Shown here: one piece after another, positions 37,389-47,700 of the stretch
Layout: every line of letters starts with the position of its first letter
Position numbering within the stretch: the first letter of the stretch is position 1
NCBI GenBank assembly: GCA_016281775.1
Contig: JAEEJH010000079.1
Coordinates: forward strand, 1,636-65,635
DNA: 64,000 nucleotides
Origin: Clostridiales bacterium
GTDB lineage: Bacteria; Bacillota; Clostridia; Oscillospirales; CAG-272
Direction of reading: 5' to 3'
Made by a program: the position numbers and the translations under genes
Notes under the pieces: model-generated
What the model saw: only the letters and a program-made list of their open reading frames with translations
Databases searched by the model: none
What the model was told of the DNA's origin: nothing

Positions 37389-40300
37389 TCATTTTACGTT
37401 TTCATCGCCGCACAGCGCTTTCAGAAACGCCGTAAGACCGGGTGTGAGCGTGACCGGGGCCGACATTCTGTAATATTTCTTATTTTCTTCGGAACAGATC
37501 GTCACCGCCGTTTTTGAATATTCGTCGGTATAGACGGCAAGCGCGGCCTTGATCTTTATTATGTCCGGATATTTCGTCTCATCCATCGACGGGACTTTGA
37601 TATAAAGTCTGCTTACATCCGTCTTCGTCTGTTCCGTTTTATCGGCGGGTTTATATTCGGTATCGCTTTTGAGCGCCGTTACCGTGTCGGCAGAAAGCCT
37701 GACGTCCTCGTCTTCGCGCTTAGAAAGCGTACCGGTGACCGTCACCGCCGAGTCGGCGTAAAGCAGATATCTGTACTTATCGTACCTGTTGGGAAAGATT
37801 ATTACCTCGATCTCTCCGTATCTGTCTTCGAGCCGTACGAAAGCCATCGTCTGCCCTTTTTTCGTGGTCTTGACCGTCATTGACGAAACAATGCCGCATA
37901 CCGTGACCTTCTGCCCGTCTTTGTAGGTTTCTTCCGCGTCTTCCGTATCGTCGGCGAACGAAGCGGTTATCTCCGATATCTCGTCAGGCGACATCGCTTC
38001 TCTGTTTTTCGAGTATCCGTCAAGCATATGGCCGGAAAAATACTGACCCGTCGTTTCTTTCTCCATGGTCAGCAGATCGCGGAATGCAAATTCGGGTATA
38101 TCTGGGTATTTGAACTCCCCGCGCTCCGAATCGTCTTCGATCGCTGAAAACATGTCGATCTGACCGGTGAGATTCTTTTTCGCCGTGCCGATCTCCCGTT
38201 CGAGTATCTCTTCGAAAGATATGAGCATACGGCTTCTGTATACTCCGAGGGAATCGAAAGCTCCGCTTTTTATAAGCGATTCTATCTGTTTTCTGTTCGA
38301 ATCGTACACCGCCATACGCCTTATAAAATCGTACAGCGACGAGAACGGCTTTTTCTCCCGCTCCGTTATTATGCTGTTGACGAAGTTGACGCCGACGTTT
38401 TTGATCGCGAGCAGACCGAAGCGTATATTGCTCCCCTTCTCGTTTCTCACGACGTGATAGAACATTCCGCTCTCGTTTATGTCCGGCGGCAGGACCTTTA
38501 TGCCGCGCTTTGAGCATTCGCTTATATATTCGGCGGTCTTCGGCGTGTTCGAAAGCACGCTCGTAAGGAGCGCCGACATATATTCGGCGAAATAGCGGCA
38601 TTTCAAATATGCGGTTCTGTAAGTAAGGAACGCGTACGATGCGGCGTGAGATTTGTTGAAAGCGTATTCAGCGAATTTTGCAAGCTGGTCAAAAAGCTTC
38701 GACGCGTCTTCTTCGGACAGTCCGTTAGCGACCGCGCCTTTGATGATGACCTCGCCGTTTTCGGTCTGGCCGTGGATGAAAATATCCCTCTGTTCCGCCA
38801 TCTGATCCGTCTTTTTCTTCGACATAAGGCGGCGGACTATATCGGCTTTTCCGTACGAATATCCGGCGACGGCGCGGAATATCTGCATCACCTGTTCCTG
38901 ATATACCGCTACGCCGTTGGTCACGTCGAGTATCGGTTTCAGCAGCGGCGTGATATACTTTATCTTCGACGGATCTTCCCTGTTTTCGAGAAACTGAGGT
39001 ATGGAATCCATCGGGCCGGGTCTGTACAAAGCTATTGCCGCGATTATGTCTTCGAGCTTGTCGGGCTTCATCTGTGAAAGCATCCTGCGCATACCGGTGC
39101 TCTCAAGCTGGAACACGCCTTCTCCCTGACCTTTTGCGAGCATTTCATAAGTCTTAGCGTCGTCAAACGGGACTTTGGTTATATCGAAATCCGGTTCGTA
39201 CTCCCTTATCTGTTTTTCCGTATCTGAAATTATCGACAGATATCTTATGCCGAGAAAGTCGAATTTGACAAGACCGAGCTTTGCCGACGTATCCATATCG
39301 TACTGCGTTACGGTGATGTCGCCGCTCGTCGCGAGCGGAACGTACTCGTAAACGGGACTGCCCGTAATTATGACGCCCGCCGCGTGAGTCGAGACGTTGC
39401 GCGGCATGCCTTCGACCTGCATCGCGGTGTCTATAAGCGTCTTGACGTCGCGTTCGCTGTCGTAACGGTCTTTCAGATCTTTGCCCTCGGGCGACTCCAG
39501 CGCTCCGGCAATGGTGATGCCGAGCTTCTGCGGAATGAGTTTGGCGACGGAATCCACGTCGCCGTAAGACATACCGAGAGCGCGGCCCACGTCGCGCACG
39601 GCGGCTCTTGCGGCGAGCGTACCGAACGTAATTATCTGACAAACTCTGTCTCTGCCGTATTTTTCGGTAACGTATTCTATGACTTTATGACGCTGCGTAT
39701 CGGCGAAATCCACGTCGAAATCGGGCATCCCCTTACGTTCCGGGTTCAGAAATCTTTCAAACATCAATTCGTATCTCACCGGATCGACGTCGGTGATCCC
39801 GATGAGAAAAGCTATAAGGCTGCCGGCGCCCGATCCTCTGCCGGGGCCGGTCGTAACACCGTGAGTTTTGGCGTAGCTGACGTAATCGGCTACGATGAGA
39901 TAATATTCGTTGAAGCCCATTTTGTCGATGACCGACAGCTCGTATTCGATCCTTGTTCTGTACACATCGTCATTGTTTTCTTCAGTAAAGACGAGCATAC
40001 CGTCCGCCATGCGTTTTTCGTAGCCTTTGTACGAAAGTTCACGCAGATATTCGCGCGGTCCGACGCCGCCGGGCGGCGAAAACTGCGGAAGATACAGTTT
40101 GCTGAAATCAAAATCGAAATCGCACATATCGGCGATCTTCTGCGTGTTTTCTATCGCCGCGCCGTTCGGGCCGAATATGCGGCGCATCTCGGCTTCTGAT
40201 TTCAGATAGAACTCGTCCGTATCGAAACCGATCGGTCTGCCGTCGGTTATCACGCTGTTCGTCTGCACGCACAAAAGCACCGCCTGGGTATCGGCGTCGC

Positions 40301-40934
40301 GTTTCGCTATATAATGCGCGTCGTTCGTCGCGGCGAGAGGTATGCCCGTTTCTTCGGAGAGCCTGATGATCTCCGGCATTATTTCCTCTTCTTCTTCGGT
40401 GCCGTGATCCTGTATTTCAAGATAAAAGCTGCCTTTGCCGAATATCTTATTGAGCCAGAGCGCGTATTCTTTCGCCTTGTCGTAAAAACCGCGTGCGATC
40501 ATCCTCGGTATATACCCGGCTATACAGCCGGATAGGCAGACGAGTCCCTCGCTGTGAGAAGCGAGCAGCTCGTTATCTATCCTCGGGCGGATATAAAAGC
40601 CTTCGGTAAATCCTTTCGAGACCATATAAATCAGATTTTTATAACCGGTTTCGTTTTTGCAGAGCAGGATCATGTGATTGTACGCGTCTTCTTTTGTCTT
40701 CGTCTTTTCGAACCGCGTGACCGGCGCGACGTAGACCTCACAGCCGATTATCGGCTTTACGCCCTCGGCTTTACAGGCGTTATAAAACGCCACGGCCCCG
40801 TACATGGCGCCGTGATCGGTCAGAGCGACGGCGTTCTGCCCGAGCGATTTTACGGCGCGCGGTATGTCTTCAATCCGGCAGGCGCCGTCAAGAAGACTGT
40901 ATTCGCTGTGAACGTGAAGATGAACAAAACTCAT
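37389..40934 (-). CDS. dnaE: DNA polymerase III alpha subunit DnaE
   Basis: 1181 aa with N-terminal PHP (FVHLHVHSEYSLLDGA), a polymerase core, and a C-terminal OB fold. Confidence 0.95.
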   Translation of the reverse strand: MSFVHLHVHSEYSLLDGACRIEDIPRAVKSLGQNAVALTDHGAMYGAVAFYNACKAEGVKPIIGCEVYVAPVTRFEKTKTKEDAYNHMILLCKNETGYKNLIYMVSKGFTEGFYIRPRIDNELLASHSEGLVCLSGCIAGYIPRMIARGFYDKAKEYALWLNKIFGKGSFYLEIQDHGTEEEEEIMPEIIRLSEETGIPLAATNDAHYIAKRDADTQAVLLCVQTNSVITDGRPIGFDTDEFYLKSEAEMRRIFGPNGAAIENTQKIADMCDFDFDFSKLYLPQFSPPGGVGPREYLRELSYKGYEKRMADGMLVFTEENNDDVYRTRIEYELSVIDKMGFNEYYLIVADYVSYAKTHGVTTGPGRGSGAGSLIAFLIGITDVDPVRYELMFERFLNPERKGMPDFDVDFADTQRHKVIEYVTEKYGRDRVCQIITFGTLAARAAVRDVGRALGMSYGDVDSVAKLIPQKLGITIAGALESPEGKDLKDRYDSERDVKTLIDTAMQVEGMPRNVSTHAAGVIITGSPVYEYVPLATSGDITVTQYDMDTSAKLGLVKFDFLGIRYLSIISDTEKQIREYEPDFDITKVPFDDAKTYEMLAKGQGEGVFQLESTGMRRMLSQMKPDKLEDIIAAIALYRPGPMDSIPQFLENREDPSKIKYITPLLKPILDVTNGVAVYQEQVMQIFRAVAGYSYGKADIVRRLMSKKKTDQMAEQRDIFIHGQTENGEVIIKGAVANGLSEEDASKLFDQLAKFAEYAFNKSHAASYAFLTYRTAYLKCRYFAEYMSALLTSVLSNTPKTAEYISECSKRGIKVLPPDINESGMFYHVVRNEKGSNIRFGLLAIKNVGVNFVNSIITEREKKPFSSLYDFIRRMAVYDSNRKQIESLIKSGAFDSLGVYRSRMLISFEEILEREIGTAKKNLTGQIDMFSAIEDDSERGEFKYPDIPEFAFRDLLTMEKETTGQYFSGHMLDGYSKNREAMSPDEISEITASFADDTEDAEETYKDGQKVTVCGIVSSMTVKTTKKGQTMAFVRLEDRYGEIEVIIFPNRYDKYRYLLYADSAVTVTGTLSKREDEDVRLSADTVTALKSDTEYKPADKTEQTKTDVSRLYIKVPSMDETKYPDIIKIKAALAVYTDEYSKTAVTICSEENKKYYRMSAPVTLTPGLTAFLKALCGDENVK

Positions 40935-40937
40935 TTT

Positions 40938-41852
40938 CTACTCCGATACGATGTTTTTTGCAAATTCTATGATCCTTTTCAGTCTGTGGTTTATGCCGGA
41001 TTTAGTAAGCTTGGGCTCAGACATCTCGGAAAGTTCGTTTAAAGAAGCCTGCGGATTTTCATACCTTAATACGGCGGTAGTTCGAAGATCCGGCGGCAGC
41101 TCGTCAAGCTTACCGGCTTCCATTATTATCTTTATCGCAGACAACGCCTGTGTAGCCGCGTTCACCGTTTTTTTAATATTTGCGGTATCGCAGTTGACGG
41201 CTCTGTTCGCGAGACTGCGGCTCTCTCTGATTATCGACTCGTTGATATAATCGAAACTCGCGGCGGATGCTCCGATAAACCCGAGAAAATCGGCGATATC
41301 ATCGCATTTTTTAAAATAAATCACGTTATTCGAATTTCTGACCGTAAGATGAGGGTTAAGACCGTTTTCGTTGAGCAGTTTTACCGTATCGTTCACGAGA
41401 TTCTTTCGCGGAGACGATATTTCAAGGTGGAACGAGCTCTGCGGTTTACTGACGGTACCGGCGGCTATGAACGCGCCGCGCATGAAAACGGAAAAGCATC
41501 TGCCGCATCTTTGATCAAAAACCGCTTCGTTGATTCGGTATAACGTTACGGGATCAGACGGAAAAAGCTCGGACATTTTCGCTATCTCTTTTCTGTCGTT
41601 TACCGTTATCTTACAGCTTCTGTCTTTCGTTGACGAGGCAACGCCGTATTTTACGCCGTATAACTCGCTCATAAGCGCACAGACGGCGTCGGCTGCGTAT
41701 CTGTTTTCGGTTATGATCTTTATCCTGTCTTTACTGTAAACGTTTGAATAGGTCAGCATACCCATTAAAAGAGCCTTTTTACAGCATGACTTCGACGGAA
41801 GATCTGTCAGAAGCGTATCTTTTGTTTTACTTGAAAAAGACATATCAGTCAA
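40938..41852 (-). CDS. whiA: DNA-binding protein WhiA
   Basis: 304 aa with a degenerate LAGLIDADG-like core (MRGAFIAAGTVS) and a C-terminal HTH. It overlaps murB by 8 nt. Confidence 0.9.
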   Translation of the reverse strand: MTDMSFSSKTKDTLLTDLPSKSCCKKALLMGMLTYSNVYSKDRIKIITENRYAADAVCALMSELYGVKYGVASSTKDRSCKITVNDRKEIAKMSELFPSDPVTLYRINEAVFDQRCGRCFSVFMRGAFIAAGTVSKPQSSFHLEISSPRKNLVNDTVKLLNENGLNPHLTVRNSNNVIYFKKCDDIADFLGFIGASAASFDYINESIIRESRSLANRAVNCDTANIKKTVNAATQALSAIKIIMEAGKLDELPPDLRTTAVLRYENPQASLNELSEMSEPKLTKSGINHRLKRIIEFAKNIVSE

Positions 41853-42747
41853 TAAACCTCAATTCACATTCGAGTTCGACACCCTCGCGCTCTCTTATAA
41901 CGCTTTTAATATACGTGACAAGTTCTCTAACGTCCTCTGCTTTTGCTCCGCCTATATTGACGATGAAACCGGCGTGTTTTTCAGAGACCTGCGCGCCGCC
42001 GACGGTATATCCTTTAAGGCCCGCCGCCTCGATCATCTGACCGGTGTATCTGCCCGGATAACGCTTGAAAACCGAACCCGCGCTCGGATAATTGAGCGGT
42101 TGTTTATCCTTTCTTCTTTGAAGAACGTCTTTCATCAGCTCCGCTATTTTCTCTTTTTCACCGTAAGATAAAGTGAATTCAGCTGACAGAATTATCTCGT
42201 CCGAACCGTCCGAAAACCGACTGCGGCGGTATCCGAACTCGCATTCATCGTTCGTATAAAACTTTATAACGTTTTCAGTAGGAGAATACGCGGTTACGGA
42301 AGTACATATATCTTTGATCTCTCCTCCGTATGCGCCTGCGTTCATGAATACAGCGCCGCCGACGCTGCCGGGTATTCCGTAAGCAAATTCAGCGCCTGAA
42401 AGCGAATTCTCGCACGCAGTTTTGCAGACGTTATAAAGGATCGTCCCGCAGCTCGCTTTTATCACGCAACCGTCGATAACGGTATCTTCGTCAATGTATT
42501 TCGTAAGCAAGACGACGCCGTTATAGCCGTTATCCGAAAACAGAACGTTTGAGCCTGCGCCGATAACGGCATATCTTATATTTTCCGATTTGAGCTGATT
42601 TACTGTATTTATAAGTTCACCGGCGTTTTTCGGATATACGGCGAAACAGCTTCCGCCGATCCGAAAAGACGTAAATTCCGAAGCCGGTTTGTTTTCTTCA
42701 AAAGCGATACCGGCGCCGTTAAGAAAATCGATAAAATTTTTGTTCAT
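41845..42747 (-). CDS. murB: UDP-N-acetylenolpyruvoylglucosamine reductase
   Basis: 300 aa with an FAD-binding N-terminal domain (IGAGSNVLF) and SAGSVFKRY. Confidence 0.95.
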   Translation of the reverse strand: MNKNFIDFLNGAGIAFEENKPASEFTSFRIGGSCFAVYPKNAGELINTVNQLKSENIRYAVIGAGSNVLFSDNGYNGVVLLTKYIDEDTVIDGCVIKASCGTILYNVCKTACENSLSGAEFAYGIPGSVGGAVFMNAGAYGGEIKDICTSVTAYSPTENVIKFYTNDECEFGYRRSRFSDGSDEIILSAEFTLSYGEKEKIAELMKDVLQRRKDKQPLNYPSAGSVFKRYPGRYTGQMIEAAGLKGYTVGGAQVSEKHAGFIVNIGGAKAEDVRELVTYIKSVIREREGVELECELRFID

Positions 42748-42950
42748 GATCCACCTCGGATATTATTCAATTATATCATACTACGAATATTTAAAAAATT
42801 CAATACCGAATTTGAAATTTCCGCTCCGTTTTGCATTGAATATACTGTATATTTATGCATCAACCCGTCATTTTGCACAATCGCGTTCTGCGCCGTTCGA
42901 TTTTTTCGAAAATCCGAACGGAATTTTGCACGTATTTTTGAAAACGCTAT

Positions 42951-42978
42951 TTACATTTCGGCGGATATATGGTATAAT
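42951..42978 (+). promoter_or_regulatory. Sigma-A type promoter for the TPR/DUF4037 pair
   Basis: TTACAT (42951-42956), a 16-nt spacer, then TATAAT (42973-42978) preceded by TGG. It lies 25 nt upstream of the ATG at 43004. Confidence 0.55.
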
Positions 42979-43003
42979 CGGTCAGAACTTATCGGAGGCG
43001 ACT

Positions 43004-43834
43004 ATGAAAGATCACGATATCATCAAACCCGAAGATTACGCCGAGCCGGAATGTCCTCTCTGCATGGATGCGGACAAGACCGTTAAACCCATCGACGTTA
43101 AAAGGTTTACGGCGAAGCTCGATTCGTATTTTGATAAAAACGATTACGAAGGTGCGCGCCGTCATCTTGAATACTGGTACGCCGAAGCTGTCGCAGGCAG
43201 CGATCTGCGCGGCCGTTTCAGCGTGCTGAACGAAATGCTCGGCTATTACAGAAAAGTCGGCGATAAAGAAAAAGCTTTCCGTACCGTTGATGAAGTATTG
43301 CGTGTTATCAGTGAACTCGGAACCGAAGAAAGCGTCGGTTCCGCCACGGCGTATATCAACGTCGGAACGGTATATAAATCATTCGGTATGGCGGAAAAAG
43401 CTCTTCCCTTCTTTACGCATGCTCTTTCAATATATCGAGCCGATCTTAAGCCCGACGACGTCAGATTCGGAGGCTTATATAACAATATGGCGCTCGTGCT
43501 GGCAGATCTGAAACGGTATGATGAAGCGTTTGAATGCTATAATAAAGCGCTCGGTATAATGCTGAATACCGGAAACGGAAAACCGGAGGCTGCGGTCACA
43601 TGTCTTAATATGGCTAACGCCGCCGAAGCGAAGCTGGGTCTCGAAGAAGCTGAAGAGACGATCACGGAATATCTCGATCTCGCCGAAACGTACCTTGACG
43701 ACCCAGAAAACGAAAGAAACGGCAATTACGCTTTTGTGTGTGAAAAATGCGCGCCCGTGTTTTCGTATTACGGCAGATTCTTCTACGCCGAACAGTTAAA
43801 GAAAAGGATGAGTGCGATTTATGAAGGGACTTGA
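43004..43834 (+). CDS. Tetratricopeptide-repeat protein
   Basis: I trimmed the start to MKDHDIIKPEDY (ATG 43004; GGAGG at 42994-42998). It has repeated 34-residue TPR-like units (e.g. AYINVGTVYKSFGMAEKALPFFTHALSIY, LYNNMALVLADLKRYDEAFECYNKALGI). The 105-residue upstream extension of the listed ORF lies in an AT-rich intergenic region. Confidence 0.75.
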   Translation: MKDHDIIKPEDYAEPECPLCMDADKTVKPIDVKRFTAKLDSYFDKNDYEGARRHLEYWYAEAVAGSDLRGRFSVLNEMLGYYRKVGDKEKAFRTVDEVLRVISELGTEESVGSATAYINVGTVYKSFGMAEKALPFFTHALSIYRADLKPDDVRFGGLYNNMALVLADLKRYDEAFECYNKALGIMLNTGNGKPEAAVTCLNMANAAEAKLGLEEAEETITEYLDLAETYLDDPENERNGNYAFVCEKCAPVFSYYGRFFYAEQLKKRMSAIYEGT

Positions 43835-44759
43835 GATATCACGTTCGTTTTATGATGAATTCGGCGCGCCGATGCTCTCCGCTTTTACAGACGTTTTACC
43901 TTACGTCGCGGTCGGGCTCTGCGGATCAGGTTCGGAGTGCGGCGGCTTTGACGACGAAATATCGCGCGATCACGATTTCGAACCCGGATTCTGTATATTT
44001 ATCCCCGACGAATCAACAGTCGACAGAAAGACGGCTTTCGCGCTTGAACGCGCATACGCAAAACTCCCCAAAGAATACTGCGGTCTTACGCGTCTGGCCG
44101 TGAGTCCCGTCGGCGGCAGCCGCCACGGAGTTATCAGGACCGCCGATTTCTTTACCGAAAAGGTCGGTTCGCCCGACGGCGTTCTTACGGTTGAGCGTTG
44201 GCTCCGCACTCCTCAATATGCGCTGTTCGAAGCGACTAACGGCGCGATATTTTCCGACAATTACGGAGAAGTCAGCCGCATCAGACGCGCCTTGCTTTCC
44301 ATGCCCGAAGACGTAACGAAAAAACGGCTTGCCGGAAATCTGCTTATAATGGCGCAATCCGGTCAGTACAATTATATGCGCTGTATATCGCACGGCGAGA
44401 CCGCCGCCGCCCAACTGGCTGTTTTCGAATTCTGCAAGGCCGCCGTAGAGGTCATATTCCTGTTAAACGGCAGATATATGCCGTATTATAAATGGTGTTT
44501 CAGAGCTTTGCGCGAACTGCCGCTTCTATCTTCCGGTGCGGAATCATTTGAATTTCTTATAACGACGGAAAACACGCCGGACCTGTCCGAAACAAAGTAT
44601 TTTATGATCGAAGAGATCGCTTCTTCCGTTATTTCCGTACTGCAGCAACGCGATCTGACGAAAGCGATCTGCGGCGATCTTGAAAAGCACGCTTATTCCG
44701 TAAACGATTCGATCGACGATCCGAATATCAGAAATCTCAATATTTTTTACTGCGTATGA
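43821..44759 (+). CDS. DUF4037-like (nucleotidyltransferase-fold) protein
   Basis: The start is MKGLEISRSFYDEFGAPML, overlapping the end of the TPR gene by 14 nt. It has the NTase-like motif GLCGSGSECGGFDDEISRDHDFEPGF. The family is recognised from memory only. Confidence 0.65.
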   Translation: MKGLEISRSFYDEFGAPMLSAFTDVLPYVAVGLCGSGSECGGFDDEISRDHDFEPGFCIFIPDESTVDRKTAFALERAYAKLPKEYCGLTRLAVSPVGGSRHGVIRTADFFTEKVGSPDGVLTVERWLRTPQYALFEATNGAIFSDNYGEVSRIRRALLSMPEDVTKKRLAGNLLIMAQSGQYNYMRCISHGETAAAQLAVFEFCKAAVEVIFLLNGRYMPYYKWCFRALRELPLLSSGAESFEFLITTENTPDLSETKYFMIEEIASSVISVLQQRDLTKAICGDLEKHAYSVNDSIDDPNIRNLNIFYCV

Positions 44760-44790
44760 AAAAAAGCCGGGCGACCCGGCTTTTTTCTTT
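44757..44790. terminator. Bidirectional rho-independent terminator between convergent genes
   Basis: AAAAAGCCGGG-cga-CCCGGCTTTTTT (stem 44766-44771 with 44775-44780), with an A-run and a T-run on either side. Confidence 0.8.
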
Positions 44791-44797
44791 TTATTTT

Positions 44798-47700
44798 TTA
44801 ACTCAGCGCGTTATATAGTGCGTCGAGCGTTTTTCTGTCCAGTATCTTTTCGTTCGCTATTATCAGCAGGCCGTCAGATGTGACCGTGACTTTTTTACCC
44901 GCAGCTTCGATCAGACTGTCCGCTTTTACGTATTTAATGCCGTAATGGTCATACGTCTTCTGACCTTCGCAGTTTATTCCGAGCCGGTGTTCGACAAACG
45001 ACGCGGGCAGATAGAATTCGTAACCCGATGCGAGCAGCGTCGCTTTCGTGCTGTTTTGTATCAGCATGATCTGTTTGCCTTTTACAAACGCGTTGTAGCT
45101 GTTCGCTTTGAGCACGATCATATCGTCGGTAAGGCAGTCAGGCGTCGCGGTCTGCGCATCGGAAAGCGTATAGTGATAACGGAATCTGCCGTCGGGAGCC
45201 GCGTCGCCTTTGTCGATGAATCCCATTATATCGCCGTCGTTTACCGAATTGTCAGCCCATTTGAAATCGAAAGCGTCGCCTTCACAGCCGACAAGCGATT
45301 TTTGAACTTTGATCACGAGGACTTTACCGTTTTGGGTTATTTCAGCTTCGCCGACCTGCTCGAAATTCCAGCCGTCTTTAAATCTTTCGACGCTTACTCT
45401 ACCGGTACCGTCGTTCATATCGCCGTACATGATCTCGCGGTTTAATACGTAGTTATAACCTTCCCAGCCGTCAGCCGCGTCGCCGTTGCCGTCAATGAAC
45501 AGATTCATCCAGCTGCTGCCTTTTCTCTCTGTTATATCTTCCGCGCATTCTGCGTAGAAATACAGATATTCGCCGTCGCCGGATACTTTCGCCGTGATTA
45601 TATCGTTTCTGCCGGTATCGTTTGTATAAGTCAGTTCGCCGACGTGAGAGAGGTGATCTCTGTGCGCCGTATCGCCGTATGCGTCGCGGTATTCGGGACC
45701 TACGTCGTACCATTGTGTAAGAGATCCATTGATATTGACCGTCTTCTGACCGAACGCGGTCTGGACCGTTCTCGCGCCTTTATATTTACGTACGTTGTCG
45801 ACAGTCTGATAATAGTAGTTATCTCCGAAACCGCCTTTCATCGGTTCTATATCGCGCGAATATTCAGGATCGAGATTGTCAACGTAATAATTGAACTCTT
45901 TGACCTTGGGGTCGCCGGATACTTTATACTCGAGCGCGATCGTCTGTCCCTTGGCGTCGCCTTCCCAGCGACCTGCCCACCACTCGTTCCAGCCGGTTAT
46001 CATTATCAGTTCGGGCGCGTTCTGCAGCGCGTGATCGAACTGCTCCTGATAAGCGAGCCCTTTACCTGTAGTTTTGTGATACAGACCGAAGCCCATATCC
46101 CATTTACCTTCTTCGACAAGGTATTTGGGTTCGCCTTTCTTGAACGTGTAGCTTCTGCCGGCGTTGGTGCCGTAGCTGCCGTTTGCCCAGAAACCGCAGG
46201 CGACCGTCATCTGTTCGAGTTTTCTCGTTCCGTCTTCCTGTCTTACGAATCCTCCTTTCTGCGGGTACATCGTAGCCCACGGCCAGCAGTCGCAGCCTTC
46301 AAGATCCGTATACCAGGTATCCTTGTCGTTTGCCCACGAATATCTGACGGTGAAAAAGTCTCTCTGTTCCTTATTCAGTATGCTGACCGCGGGTTTTTCC
46401 GTAAGCATTATAACGGGTTTGCCGTTCCAGTAAAACCACATATCTTCATACAGTCCCGGTTCGTAAAGCGCGCGCCAGATATTGTTCAGCTCTGCGGCGT
46501 TCGTGCCTTTTATAATGAAGCAGACGTCGGGCGTTTTCGTACCCTCCTGCCGCATCTGCGACCACACGCGCAGCACGGCAGTATAGTTCTGACTGTAAAG
46601 CGGTCCGTTAGTCGCGTCAAAATAGACGAAATCTACACCCGCCTCCGCAAGCATCGTACCGTGCTTTCTTATCACCCATTCGTCGTCGGACGCATAATAT
46701 CCGAAATACGGTTCGCCCCAATAGTGTACCGAGCCGAGAGATCCTTGCTGCATGACCTTCCACATCTCGTCTATACCGCCTTTTTCGTATGCGGCCGTAT
46801 GGTCGTATATCGGCAGTTTGTTGTTTGACGTCTCGTGCCACAGAAAGTAGAATATACCGACCTTCGCTCCGTTTGGCGCTCCGGCCGCGGTCGTTACGGT
46901 TCTGCCTTCGGCGTCGGTCGCTGTCCACGTATCCGCGAACAGATCGCGCGTGTTCGGTTTGATACCGTTGTTTTCGGTATTTCCGATTTCTCTTATCGTC
47001 GTTATCCTGATATTGTCAAGCGTTGCATCGTCGCTCGATATATGGTTCCAGAAATGAGCGTAACCGCCTTTTGTGATATCGCTTTTAACGGTATCGGTAA
47101 CGGAAGGTCTGTCCGCTCCGGGTTTATACATATCGATCTTTCTGCCGTCGATCTTGATATACGCAAGTTCTTTGCCTTCTGCTCCTCCGTATATCTTTAT
47201 AACGTTTTCATTCGGATCGTCTACGATCTTAATATGCTCGCCGGCGGTGAAATCAAAGTCGACTTTCATATATGCCGTCGTCGGCCATTCGCCTCTTCTT
47301 ATACCGAGCTGATCGTTGCGCATCGCTATCCATACGCCGGTGTGATCCGTCGGTATAGCCTGTTCCGATCCGAGCCTCAGCCCTATGTATAAAGTGAACC
47401 ATTCGTACGGGCTGTCGGTATGACAGCTGCGCACGTCGAAATCGTACTGCGTCTCCGTAGTTTCCGACATTGCAAAGACCGGATATATGCCCGATACTTC
47501 TTCTTTCGGTAAAACCGCTTTCGTTCCGTCCGAATAAGCGTGCAGATAATACGAGAACGGCCCCATTTCGCCGTCGCCCTTATATTCATATTTGCCAGTC
47601 TCGAGAACGTTGTCGATATTATAATCGGCAAGAACTATCTCAGTCGAGTCTTTATACTCTATCGGTTCTTCGACGTAAGGCGCCTCCGTTTCTTCTTCGG

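Noticed and set aside
42689-43003. N-terminal 105-residue extension of the TPR ORF (listed start 42689)
   Set aside because: The extension starts inside the murB coding region on the opposite strand and runs through an AT-rich promoter region. A good GGAGG plus ATG exists at 43004, after a -35/-10 pair.
45644-46828. 394-aa plus-strand ORF and similar long antisense ORFs (6969..8015, 25086..26078, 34954..35946, 49634..50590, 50355..51791, 55989..56861, 63098..63814)
   Set aside because: All are antisense to genes with clear family signatures. They are rich in R/F/V/L, lack RBSs, and none shows a recognisable motif.
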